Assembly (NCBI GenBank): GCA_034530875.2
Contig: JAVRCJ020000068.1
Location: forward strand, 1-24,795
Length of the DNA stretch: 24,795 bases
Direction: 5' to 3'
From: Nostoc sp. DedSLP01
Lineage (GTDB): Bacteria; Cyanobacteriota; Cyanobacteriia; Cyanobacteriales; Nostocaceae
Below are positions 8,595-16,952 of this stretch, piece after piece; within the stretch, counting starts at the first letter, position 1, and each line of letters opens with the position of its first letter. The position numbers were made by a program, and so were the translations under genes. Under the pieces are notes generated by a model that was given only the letters and a program-made list of their open reading frames with translations, did no database searches and had not been told where the DNA came from.

Positions 8595-10004
8595 CTAGAC
8601 AATGGAAACAGATCCAAGGGTATAATTCTGGAGGAAAATGATCGAATCATTTGCAGAATTGTAGCCAGCAGTTGAGTCATTGAAAGCGAGGAAGGTTCCG
8701 CTGATACCAGTAACGGTAAAGGCTTTAGAACTGCTGCTTGTAAACACCCTACTAGTAAGTAAAGTAGAGATATTTGCGGCAGTCAAACTAGCTATCTTAC
8801 CAACAGAGGTAGTGAGCGTTACTGCTGAACCACTAGGGCGATCGATTTGCTCGCCACTAGTATAACCATTAATAACATCATAGCTAGCTAACAAGGAATC
8901 ACTCAGAGCAGTATAAGTGAATCTATCAGTTCCAGCGCCACCATTTACTAAGTCTTTGCCACCACCACCAACAATAGTGTCGCTACCAGCGCCGCCATCG
9001 ATTATGTCATTACCAGCACCACCAGTAAGTGAGTTTTTGCCGCTGTTACCCTGAATAGTGTTATTTAGACCATTACCAGTTCCATTGATATCAGCAGAAC
9101 CAGTCAGAGTCAGGTTTTCTACGTTTGCCGACAAGATGTAGGTGACAGAAGAATTCACCGTGTCAGTGCCCGCAGAGCTATATTCAGTCACTACATCTTT
9201 AACATTGTCAACATAGTAGATGTCATTGCCACCGCCGCCTATTAATGTATCTACACCAGTACCACCGATTAATGTGTCATTGTTATTGCCAGCCCCACCA
9301 TATACATTGTCATTGCCAGCGCCACCATCAAGGTAGTCATTGCCGCCAGCCCCGCCATTGAGGAAGTCATTGCCGCCGTAACCGTAGAGGTAGTTGTCAC
9401 TATTGTTACCTCTAACTGTGTTATCAAGATTATTGCCATATCCATTAGTAGCAGAACCAGTTATAATCAGGAATTCTAGGTTTGCTGACAAAGTATAGTT
9501 GACAGAAGAATATACCGTGTCAGTGACAGCAAAAGGTAACTCATCAGTAAACTCAATAACTACATCGTTAACATTATCAACGTAGTAGATATCATCACCA
9601 GTGCCACCTATTAATGTATCTGCACCAGCCCCACCATCTATAGTGTCTTTACCACCTCCACCATAAATGGTGTCATTGCCAGCTCCGCCATAAATTTCGT
9701 TAATTGCGAAAGAGATGCCAATATCTTCGATGTAGTCATTGCCAGCGCCACCATAAATAGTGTCGTAGCTATCGCCACCACGTATGGTGTCGTTCCCATT
9801 GCCGCCATCCATGTAGTTGTTGCCATAATTACCATCTATTTTGTCATTGCCATCACCACCATAAATAGTGTCGGAGTTATAGAAGCCACCATAAATGGTG
9901 TCATCGCCAGCATAACCAGAGGCATAAAGATCTTCTCCTTCGACTTCAACTGACTCATAGTTAAAGTAGTCGTTGCCTATAGTTCCGTTATAGAAATAAA
10001 CCAC
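8595..10004 (-). CDS. RTX/hemolysin-type Ca-binding repeat protein with C-terminal 'bluetail'-like domain (probable type I secretion substrate)
   Basis: Many GGxGNDxIx nonapeptides, two DxYYVDNVxDVVxE...DTVxSSVxYxLSANxE modules, C-terminus [10 protein letters not shown]...[15 protein letters not shown] start with AAGGAG RBS. Confidence 0.88.
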   Translation of the reverse strand: MVYFYNGTIGNDYFNYESVEVEGEDLYASGYAGDDTIYGGFYNSDTIYGGDGNDKIDGNYGNNYMDGGNGNDTIRGGDSYDTIYGGAGNDYIEDIGISFAINEIYGGAGNDTIYGGGGKDTIDGGAGADTLIGGTGDDIYYVDNVNDVVIEFTDELPFAVTDTVYSSVNYTLSANLEFLIITGSATNGYGNNLDNTVRGNNSDNYLYGYGGNDFLNGGAGGNDYLDGGAGNDNVYGGAGNNNDTLIGGTGVDTLIGGGGNDIYYVDNVKDVVTEYSSAGTDTVNSSVTYILSANVENLTLTGSADINGTGNGLNNTIQGNSGKNSLTGGAGNDIIDGGAGSDTIVGGGGKDLVNGGAGTDRFTYTALSDSLLASYDVINGYTSGEQIDRPSGSAVTLTTSVGKIASLTAANISTLLTSRVFTSSSSKAFTVTGISGTFLAFNDSTAGYNSANDSIIFLQNYTLGSVSIV

Positions 10005-10493
10005 AAAAGATTCTCCTTAAATTACAAGCGATCTCGATCTGATGGATGCGTAAATCACAGATGATGATGCACTTTGCATACATATCACCAAACAAATAAC
10101 ACCACTCAGCAATAGTTAGACTGAGTGGTTTTACCTTTGTGGGCGTCATTGCCCATATCAAAACTTACAACCAGGAACTCAATTCAAAAAGTTTAATATC
10201 TAAAGAGTAACTTTTAGATTTTCTGGGGGTCAGATTAACATAATTTTTTAGCCAGTATTGTTATTGGCTAAAAATTCACTAAATCTTTAAATTTCTCCTA
10301 ATTTTAATAAACAGGAGAGAAGCCAGTGCCTTGCGTATTTTCCCACCACAGTTTCTTTTACTCTGGTCGCGGCCGCGTGGTTTAACTCAGTTTTACTTAA
10401 CAAAATTTCAACTTGTGAATTAGTCTAAAAACTTGCCTTGCTGGTCTGCGTGAGAAAGAGTATTGTTAGATTTTCAAATACAAAATTCCGCTT

Positions 10494-11621
10494 ATGCGCC
10501 TAACTTCGCTGGATGTTTTTCGCGGCATTACCATTGCTGCGATGATTCTCGTCAATATGATGGGAGTCGCAGATGATGTATATCCTCCCTTCGCCCACGC
10601 TGATTGGCACGGCTGTACGCCAACTGATTTGGTATTTCCTTTTTTTCTCTTCATTGTCGGTGTCGCAATGAGTTTTTCTTTGTCGAAGTACACCGAAGGC
10701 AATAAACCAACCTCAGCTGTTTACTCGCGGATATTACGCCGCGCCGCCATTCTCTTCGTTTTAGGATTACTACTAAATGGCTTTTGGAATCAAGGTGTTT
10801 GGACTTTTGATTTCAGTAGCATCCGATTGATGGGTGTGCTGCAACGTATCAGCCTTAGCTATCTATTCGCTTCTTTGATAGTTCTCAACGTCCCGCGTAA
10901 AGGTCAATGGATATTGGCAGTAGTGCTACTCATCGGCTACTGGTTGACGATGATGTATGTACCAGTACCCGATTATGGGGCAGGAGTTCTGACCCGAGAA
11001 GGTAATTTCGGTGCTTATGTTGACCGATTAATTATTCCCAAAGCGCATTTATATAAAGGTGATAGTTATAAATTTATGGGAGATCCAGAGGGACTTTTCA
11101 GTACTATCCCTGCGATAGTAACTGTCCTCACTGGCTACTTCAGCGGCCAATGGATACGCACCCAACCCGTACAGTCACGCACAAGTATCGGCTTAGGATT
11201 ATTTGGAATCGGTTGTTTAATTATCAGTTGGGCGTGGGGGTGGACATTCCCCATTAATAAAAAATTATGGACGAGTTCTTATGTAGTTTTTACAACAGGT
11301 TGGGCATTATTGCTGCTAGCAGCTTGTTACGAACTCATCGAAGTCCGGCTGATACGTCGTTGGGGTAAGCCTTTTGAAATTATGGGTTTAAATGCGATCG
11401 CTCTTTTCGTCGCGTCTGTTTTGTTAATTAAAATCTTAGTCAAAACTACTATCGGTACGGAAGAAAATGCTCCTAGTACCTACAATTGGATTTATCAGAA
11501 TTTTTTCGCATCTTGGGCAGGGGCGCTGAATGGTTCCCTGTTTTTTGGCATAGTTACCATGTTGTTGTGGTGGGCTGTTGGTGTTGTCATGTATCGCCAA
11601 CGCTGGTTTGTGAAAGTGTAA
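10494..11621 (+). CDS. Membrane acyltransferase, HGSNAT/DUF5009 (NagX-like) family
   Basis: RLTSLDVFRGITIAAMILVN, WHGCTPTDLVFPFFLFIVG, MGVLQRI, DPEGLFSTIPA, PINKKLWTSSY. Confidence 0.92.
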   Translation: MRLTSLDVFRGITIAAMILVNMMGVADDVYPPFAHADWHGCTPTDLVFPFFLFIVGVAMSFSLSKYTEGNKPTSAVYSRILRRAAILFVLGLLLNGFWNQGVWTFDFSSIRLMGVLQRISLSYLFASLIVLNVPRKGQWILAVVLLIGYWLTMMYVPVPDYGAGVLTREGNFGAYVDRLIIPKAHLYKGDSYKFMGDPEGLFSTIPAIVTVLTGYFSGQWIRTQPVQSRTSIGLGLFGIGCLIISWAWGWTFPINKKLWTSSYVVFTTGWALLLLAACYELIEVRLIRRWGKPFEIMGLNAIALFVASVLLIKILVKTTIGTEENAPSTYNWIYQNFFASWAGALNGSLFFGIVTMLLWWAVGVVMYRQRWFVKV

Positions 11622-11637
11622 AGACGTTATTTCACGA

Positions 11638-11812
11638 AGAAGGGAAAAGGGTAAAGGGAAAAGAAATTGGAGGAAGATTGTGACCTGCCCCAATTAAAGA
11701 CCGGACTTAAATGAGGGGGCTTTAAACCCATTTGGGGAAAGGGAAAGGAAAAAGATACATGCGTTAAAAAATCCATCCCTTTCCCCTTTTTCCCTTCCCC
11801 TTTCCCCCTTTC
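11638..11812. repeat. Purine-rich (AAAGGG/GGGAAA) heptamer arrays with an inverted pyrimidine copy, enclosing an IS3-like end at 11681-11706
   Basis: Arrays seen directly; TGACCTGCCCCAATTAAAGACCGGAC resembles IS3-family 5'-TG termini. Confidence 0.6.
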
Positions 11813-11947
11813 TTGGTAAATGAAAACTGCTGTAATTGCCGATGCAGTACTTAAATGTTTTCTTTTTGCCCTAATCGAGAAATATTGGCATAAAATCTTG
11901 GTCAATCCCAAGTATTAACTGCATAAAAGCAACAAACACACAAAAAT

Positions 11948-13609
11948 ATGGCAAATTCAAACTTTAACCTCTCCAGTCTCAATGGCAACAACGACACTAG
12001 CGATGGTATTCATTTTCACGCCTCCTTTAGTGGCAGTTCTGTCAAGGTTATCGATACAGACTGGAGTTTAGCTGACGGTAACTCAGATCGTTTAGTAGGG
12101 GCAACTGTTACCATTACCAACCTTTTTAATGGTGTTGAAGAAAGTCTCTCTGCTACAACCACAGGCAGCATTACCGCCAACTATAGCAATGGGGTTCTGA
12201 CTCTGAGTGGTAGAGGTACGGTTGACGAATACCAACAAGTTTTACGCAGTATTACTTACAATAATACTGCGTATGTTTTCGATACTACCGACCGGATAAT
12301 TAACTTTGTTGTTGATGATGGTACTGCTCACTCCAATAACAGCACGGTAGCAATAACAACATTGACATTGAATAATCCTTTAATAGGTTTACCAATTGCG
12401 ATATTAAACGACACACCTGAAGATACTGAAATAAATATTACTGTGCCTCATCTATTAGTAGGTTTGGCCGATCCAGATACTAACGATACCCTTGCGGTTG
12501 TCAATTTGACTGCCACTAACGGTACATTGGTCAAGAAAAATGATGAAATTTATATCTTCACGCCAACTCTTAACTTTAATGGTACTGTCACGCTCAACTA
12601 CGATGTCACTGATGGAACTACTACTTTAATTGGACAAACCAACAGTTTCTCTGTCATTTCTGTTAATGACGCGCCTGTTCTTACTCCCGCGTCACCCTTC
12701 TTACCTGCGGTTGTCCCCAATAAACCCAATCCTGGACAAACAGTGGCTTCCTTTGTTGGCAGTTTGATCGCCGATGTTGATGCGGATGTGCTCCAGGGAA
12801 TCGCCGTTATCGCCAGCACGGGCAACAATGGCATCTGGGAATATTCGATAAACAATGGCACAAGCTGGATCTCAGTCGGCACTGTATCAGGAAGTAGCGC
12901 CTTGCTGCTACGGGAGAGCGACTTGATTCGTTTTGTGCCTTCATCAAGCCAAGCTACTATTACCGATACCTCCCTCACCTACCATGCCTGGGATCGAAGC
13001 ATTGGAGTAGCAGGTGATAAGGTAAACATCACAACTACTGGCGGAACTTCTGCCTTTTCGTCTGCTACTGACATTGTTAGCTTAGGTACTACCCAACTGG
13101 GCTGCAATGGCACAGACACTCTCACAGGCAATAACGGCCCCGACTATCTCAATGGGGGTAAAGGCAACGATCGCCTCAAAGGTGGCAAAGGCGCGGATAC
13201 GCTGATTGGTAGCAGCGGCTACGACTTACTCATAGGTGGTAAGGATGCCGATCGCCTGACTGGAGGTCAGGGAGCAGATACTTTCAGGTTTGCTTTTAGC
13301 GACTCGCTACTGAGCAATTTCGATCGCATCACCGACTTGCAAATTGGCTGGGATGTTATTGACGGGCCGAATACTGTCAGCGCGGCAAACCTCATCGAGC
13401 TGGGGACAACAAGCACGTTAGATGCCGCAGGTATTGGGGCACTGTTGGACGATACCAACTTTGTCGTTAATGGGGCTGCCACCTTTACCTTTGGTAGCCG
13501 CACTTTCTTGGCACTAAATGATAGCACCGCAGGTTTCCAGGATACCAGCGACGCTGCGATCGAGATTACTGGGTTTAGGGGTAGTTTGACGAGTTTGGCC
13601 ATCGCTTAA
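11948..13609 (+). CDS. Cadherin-like/Ig-like domain protein with RTX repeats and C-terminal 'bluetail'-like domain
   Basis: YQQVLRSITYNN Ig-like module, EDT...FTPTLNFNGTVTLNYDVTDG...VNDAPVL cadherin-like module, GGKGNDRLK repeats, C-terminus DSLLSNFDRI...TFLALNDSTAGF. Confidence 0.88.
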   Translation: MANSNFNLSSLNGNNDTSDGIHFHASFSGSSVKVIDTDWSLADGNSDRLVGATVTITNLFNGVEESLSATTTGSITANYSNGVLTLSGRGTVDEYQQVLRSITYNNTAYVFDTTDRIINFVVDDGTAHSNNSTVAITTLTLNNPLIGLPIAILNDTPEDTEINITVPHLLVGLADPDTNDTLAVVNLTATNGTLVKKNDEIYIFTPTLNFNGTVTLNYDVTDGTTTLIGQTNSFSVISVNDAPVLTPASPFLPAVVPNKPNPGQTVASFVGSLIADVDADVLQGIAVIASTGNNGIWEYSINNGTSWISVGTVSGSSALLLRESDLIRFVPSSSQATITDTSLTYHAWDRSIGVAGDKVNITTTGGTSAFSSATDIVSLGTTQLGCNGTDTLTGNNGPDYLNGGKGNDRLKGGKGADTLIGSSGYDLLIGGKDADRLTGGQGADTFRFAFSDSLLSNFDRITDLQIGWDVIDGPNTVSAANLIELGTTSTLDAAGIGALLDDTNFVVNGAATFTFGSRTFLALNDSTAGFQDTSDAAIEITGFRGSLTSLAIA

Positions 13610-13613
13610 GCGA

Positions 13614-13684
13614 AAATGGAGCGATCGTTTTTCGGGGAAACTTGAAGTGCGTAGGCGCAGCCCGTCGTAGACATCGCTCCATTT
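13614..13684 (+). terminator. Possible terminator/stabiliser hairpin after the cadherin-like gene
   Basis: AAATGGAGCGAT (13614-13625) is complementary to ATCGCTCCATTT (13673-13684). Confidence 0.45.
13652..13672. mobile_element. 21-nt small dispersed repeat (SDR5-like) inserted in a HIP1 site
   Basis: GCG-[TAGGCGCAGCCCGTCGTAGAC]-ATCGC; deleting exactly 21 nt restores GCGATCGC. Confidence 0.85.
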
Positions 13685-13719
13685 CAAACTTTCAAAAACA
13701 AGGGAACAGGATATTTAGC

Positions 13720-13826
13720 ACACCTCTTGCAAAACTATTTTCGCAAGAGGGGGCAAAGGGAAAAGGGAAAAGGTTTTTTCTTTCCCCTTTTCCCCTTACC
13801 CTTTTCCCGACTTGTGCAAGAAGTCT
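13720..13826. mobile_element. MITE-like element of about 107 bp
   Basis: Terminal inverted repeats ACACCTCTTGCAAAA / TTGTGCAAGAAGTCT (12/15 complementary) around an inverted AAAAGGG/CCCTTTT heptamer array. Confidence 0.6.
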
Positions 13827-13850
13827 AGTTTTTGCTCTGCCAAAGCGGGT

Positions 13851-14705
13851 TTAACCTACGTCATCATGAGCGAAACGGTTAAACAGGAAGTCTAGGGCAT
13901 AGTTACGCAGTTGATAGTATTGTGGATCTTCCATGATACGGGCGCGATCGCGGGGACGCTGAAAAGGAATTTCCATGACTTCGCCAATCTTTGCATGGGG
14001 GCCGTTGGTCATCATTACCAACTTGTCTGCTAAAAATAGCGCTTCATCGATGTCGTGGGTAATCATCAACACTGTGCAGCGGTTTTCATTCCAAATTTTC
14101 AGCAGTTCTTCTTGTAACTCTTCTTTGGTAATTGCGTCCAACGCTCCGAAAGGTTCGTCTAAAATTAAGACTTTGGGACGAATTGCCAAAGCGCGGGCAA
14201 TGGAAACTCTTTGCCTCATACCGCCGGACATCTGCGTTGGTTTCTTTTCCATCGCGTCAGCCAGTCCCACCATTGCTAAATGATCGCGCACAATCGCTCT
14301 TTTTTCAGCTTGTGGTTTATTAGGATAAACGGCGTTAACAGCTAAGTAAATATTGTCGAAGGCAGTCCGCCAGGGTAACAAGGCGTAGTTTTGGAAGACA
14401 ACCATTCTATCCGGGCCGGGTTTGGTAATGGGTTCTCCTTCGAGTAATACTTCCCCGGAGGTAGGAAAGTTAAAACCGGATACCATGTTTAATAGGGTGG
14501 ATTTACCACAGCCAGAGTGACCGATTACACAAATAAATTCGCCTTTTTCAACGTTGAGGTTAACGCCATCGAGTACGGTGAAGGGGCCTTTTTTTGTGGG
14601 ATAAACTTTGGTAACGTCTTTGATTTCTAGGAAGGGGCGATCGATGGTGGCTGTATTTCCTAGTTGCTTTTTGAGGTCGGTAATTGTTGAGTTGCGGTTT
14701 TGCAT
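13851..14705 (-). CDS. cmpD: Bicarbonate ABC transporter ATP-binding subunit (NrtD/CmpD family)
   Basis: GHSGCGKS, PGPDRMVVFQNY, MSGGMRQR; C-terminus FNRFAHDD; follows cmpC. Confidence 0.88.
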   Translation of the reverse strand: MQNRNSTITDLKKQLGNTATIDRPFLEIKDVTKVYPTKKGPFTVLDGVNLNVEKGEFICVIGHSGCGKSTLLNMVSGFNFPTSGEVLLEGEPITKPGPDRMVVFQNYALLPWRTAFDNIYLAVNAVYPNKPQAEKRAIVRDHLAMVGLADAMEKKPTQMSGGMRQRVSIARALAIRPKVLILDEPFGALDAITKEELQEELLKIWNENRCTVLMITHDIDEALFLADKLVMMTNGPHAKIGEVMEIPFQRPRDRARIMEDPQYYQLRNYALDFLFNRFAHDDVG

Positions 14706-14711
14706 GGTGAT

Positions 14712-14820
14712 TTGGTTATTGGGTATTGGGGATTGGGGACTGGTGACTGGGGATTGGTGACTGGGAACTAGGGACTGGGGATTGGGGAATTAGTTCTTTC
14801 TCCCCCTGCCTCCCCTGCCT
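14712..14820. repeat. STRR heptamer array (TTGGGGA/CTGGGGA/TTGGTGA, about 11 units) plus CCCCTGCCT duplication
   Basis: Seen directly between cmpC and cmpD. Confidence 0.9.
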
Positions 14821-14821
14821 T

Positions 14822-16828
14822 CTATGAAGCGAGTTTTCTTCTTGGCGCGTCAAGAATGACTTCGGCGACTGAGAAATCGCGTTTGATTTTCAAGCTGTTG
14901 AGATAGGAAATTGGGTCGTCGGCGTTAAAGGGAGTACCATCGAACAGTTGGATGGGTTGGCGGATGTAGCTAATATCTAAGCCTAATTCCCGTGCGGCGG
15001 TGCTGAAAACTCGGACTCGGCAGACACGTTCGACAACTTCCACCCAATTTCTGGGGAAGGGAGTGTCGCCCCAACGCGCTAATTGACTCATAATCCAAAT
15101 TTGTTCGGTACGGCTGGGGCGGTTAATGGCAGACTCGGAATAAAACTGGTGGTGGGCATAGTCTCGCAGAGGATGGTTGATGTCGCAGGTGAGACTATTT
15201 GGATCTTCGAGTTGGATGTATTCCAAATCAGTGCTGACATACTCTCGACTTGCTAAAATTTGCCGAATCTCTAGGGCATTGTCGGGATTTGCACAGTATT
15301 GACAAGCTTCTAGCAATGCTTTGGTTAAAGCGATGTGGGTATTGGGATAAGTTTCTGCCCAATCTTCCCGCACTCCCAGAACTTTACCGGGGTGTCCCAG
15401 CCAAACTTCTAAGTCGGTGGCGATGGTAAAGCCGACATTTTCGGCGGCGGCGCGGTAGTTCCAAGGTTCGCCGACGCAGTAACCATCGATGCTTCCAGCT
15501 TGCAAGTCGGCTACCATCTGGGCTGGGGGAATGGTCTTCATGTCTACATCAGCATCGGGGTCTATTCCACCAGCAGCTAACCAGTAACGCAGGAGTAAGT
15601 TGTGCATCGATGCGGGATGCACTACTCCCATTGTGTGCCTTTGTTCGCGGGTGCTAAGTAGATATCTCTTGAAGTCTGATAGGCTTTGCACGCCTTGGTC
15701 GTAAAAGCGTTTTGCTAAGGTAATGGCGTTACCGTTGCGGGTCATGGTGAGGGCGGTGACAACGGGCAAAGGTTGGTTGTTGTGTCCTCCCAAAGTTAAC
15801 CACATGGGCATCCCGGAAGGCATTTGCGCCGCATCCAAATAACCGCCAGTCATGCCGTCAACTATACCCCGCCAGCTACTTTCGCGCACGAGGTGAACTT
15901 CATCTAAACCATGTTTGGTAAAGAAGCCTTTTTCTTTAGCAACTGCTAGGGGGGCGCAAGCGGTGAGGGGTAAAAAGCCGATTTCTAAGTTAACTTTTTC
16001 TAAGCCGTGACGGGAAATGTCGGCAGTTTTTCTAGCGCGAATTTTTTTAATGCGTTTTTGCTGATTGAGGAAGTAAATCATCTCACTCCGCAAGCTGTAG
16101 TAGCTGGGATGTTCTACAACTTCCATGCGCTTGCGGGGTCTGGGAATATCTACTTCTAAAATGTCACCAATTTTCGATTCGGGGCCGTTGGTGAGCATCA
16201 CAATTCTGTCAGATAATAGCACTGCTTCGTCTACATCATGGGTAACCATGACAGCAGTAACTTCGTTTTCTTCGCAGATTTGCATGAGTTGTTCTTGCAA
16301 ATTACCGCGAGTGAGTGCATCCAAAGCGCCGAAGGGTTCATCTAATAATAATAACTTGGGGCGAATCGCTAAAGCGCGGGCGATCGCTACACGTTGCTTT
16401 TGTCCCCCAGATAGCATTCCCGGCTGTTTGTCAGCATGGGGACGTAAGCCTACCATGTCTATATGTTTTTCCACAATGGCGTTGCGTTCGGCTGCGGGTA
16501 CGCCTTTCATTACTGAGTCCACCGCTAGGGCAATATTTTCTCTCACTGTCCGCCAAGGTAATAGCGAATAGTTTTGAAAAACTACCATTCTATCGGGGCC
16601 AGGTTGGCTGATTTTTTGTCCTTCTAAGGTGACAATACCTTCGCTAGGCAAATCCAAGCCTGCAATCATGTTTAATAATGTAGATTTGCCGCAACCGGAG
16701 TGACCAATTAAAGAAACAAATTCTCCTTTTTTAATTTCGAGGTCAATTCCTTTGAGGGCAATATATTTACCGCCACCGGTTAATTCAAAAACTTTATCAA
16801 TGCGATCGACAGCAACGAATGTAGACAT
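14822..16828 (-). CDS. cmpC: Bicarbonate ABC transporter ATP-binding subunit with C-terminal NrtA-like regulatory domain
   Basis: N-terminal ABC domain, then GLEKVNLEIGFLPLTACAPL SBP-like domain. ATG 16828; the 33-aa extension in the ORF track runs through a repeat. Confidence 0.9.
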   Translation of the reverse strand: MSTFVAVDRIDKVFELTGGGKYIALKGIDLEIKKGEFVSLIGHSGCGKSTLLNMIAGLDLPSEGIVTLEGQKISQPGPDRMVVFQNYSLLPWRTVRENIALAVDSVMKGVPAAERNAIVEKHIDMVGLRPHADKQPGMLSGGQKQRVAIARALAIRPKLLLLDEPFGALDALTRGNLQEQLMQICEENEVTAVMVTHDVDEAVLLSDRIVMLTNGPESKIGDILEVDIPRPRKRMEVVEHPSYYSLRSEMIYFLNQQKRIKKIRARKTADISRHGLEKVNLEIGFLPLTACAPLAVAKEKGFFTKHGLDEVHLVRESSWRGIVDGMTGGYLDAAQMPSGMPMWLTLGGHNNQPLPVVTALTMTRNGNAITLAKRFYDQGVQSLSDFKRYLLSTREQRHTMGVVHPASMHNLLLRYWLAAGGIDPDADVDMKTIPPAQMVADLQAGSIDGYCVGEPWNYRAAAENVGFTIATDLEVWLGHPGKVLGVREDWAETYPNTHIALTKALLEACQYCANPDNALEIRQILASREYVSTDLEYIQLEDPNSLTCDINHPLRDYAHHQFYSESAINRPSRTEQIWIMSQLARWGDTPFPRNWVEVVERVCRVRVFSTAARELGLDISYIRQPIQLFDGTPFNADDPISYLNSLKIKRDFSVAEVILDAPRRKLAS

Positions 16829-16857
16829 GGTAGTTTGGTTATTGAGATTGAGTTTTA

Positions 16858-16945
16858 AACGCAGAGAGAAGTCAGAGCGGCGGCTTCCGCCGATCTGAAC
16901 TTCGGTGGAACGCTGAGGTTGGCGCAAAGGTGCGCAGAGGGGAGG
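16858..16945. repeat. ACGCAGAG-type repeat interrupted by a GC-rich palindromic insert
   Basis: GAAGTCAGA-GCGGCGG-CTT-CCGCCG-ATCTGAACTTC forms an imperfect hairpin inside acgcagag...ggaacgctgag...gcgcagag. Confidence 0.6.
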
Positions 16946-16952
16946 TTGAGGG

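Noticed and set aside
10095..10160. c-di-GMP-I riboswitch on the minus strand (GGGCAA...GACGC...TCTAA...TATTG)
   Set aside because: No GNRA-capped P2 hairpin and wrong spacing; kept only as an unexplained structured region.
11832..11845. NtcA-like GTA-N8-TGC upstream of the cadherin-like gene
   Set aside because: Mismatch in the conserved AC and no -10 box at the expected spacing.
11436..13854. ORFs 11436-11693, 11486-11683, 11627-11911 and 13642-13854
   Set aside because: They translate through heptamer repeats, SDR or MITE sequence (FPLP/GKG runs).
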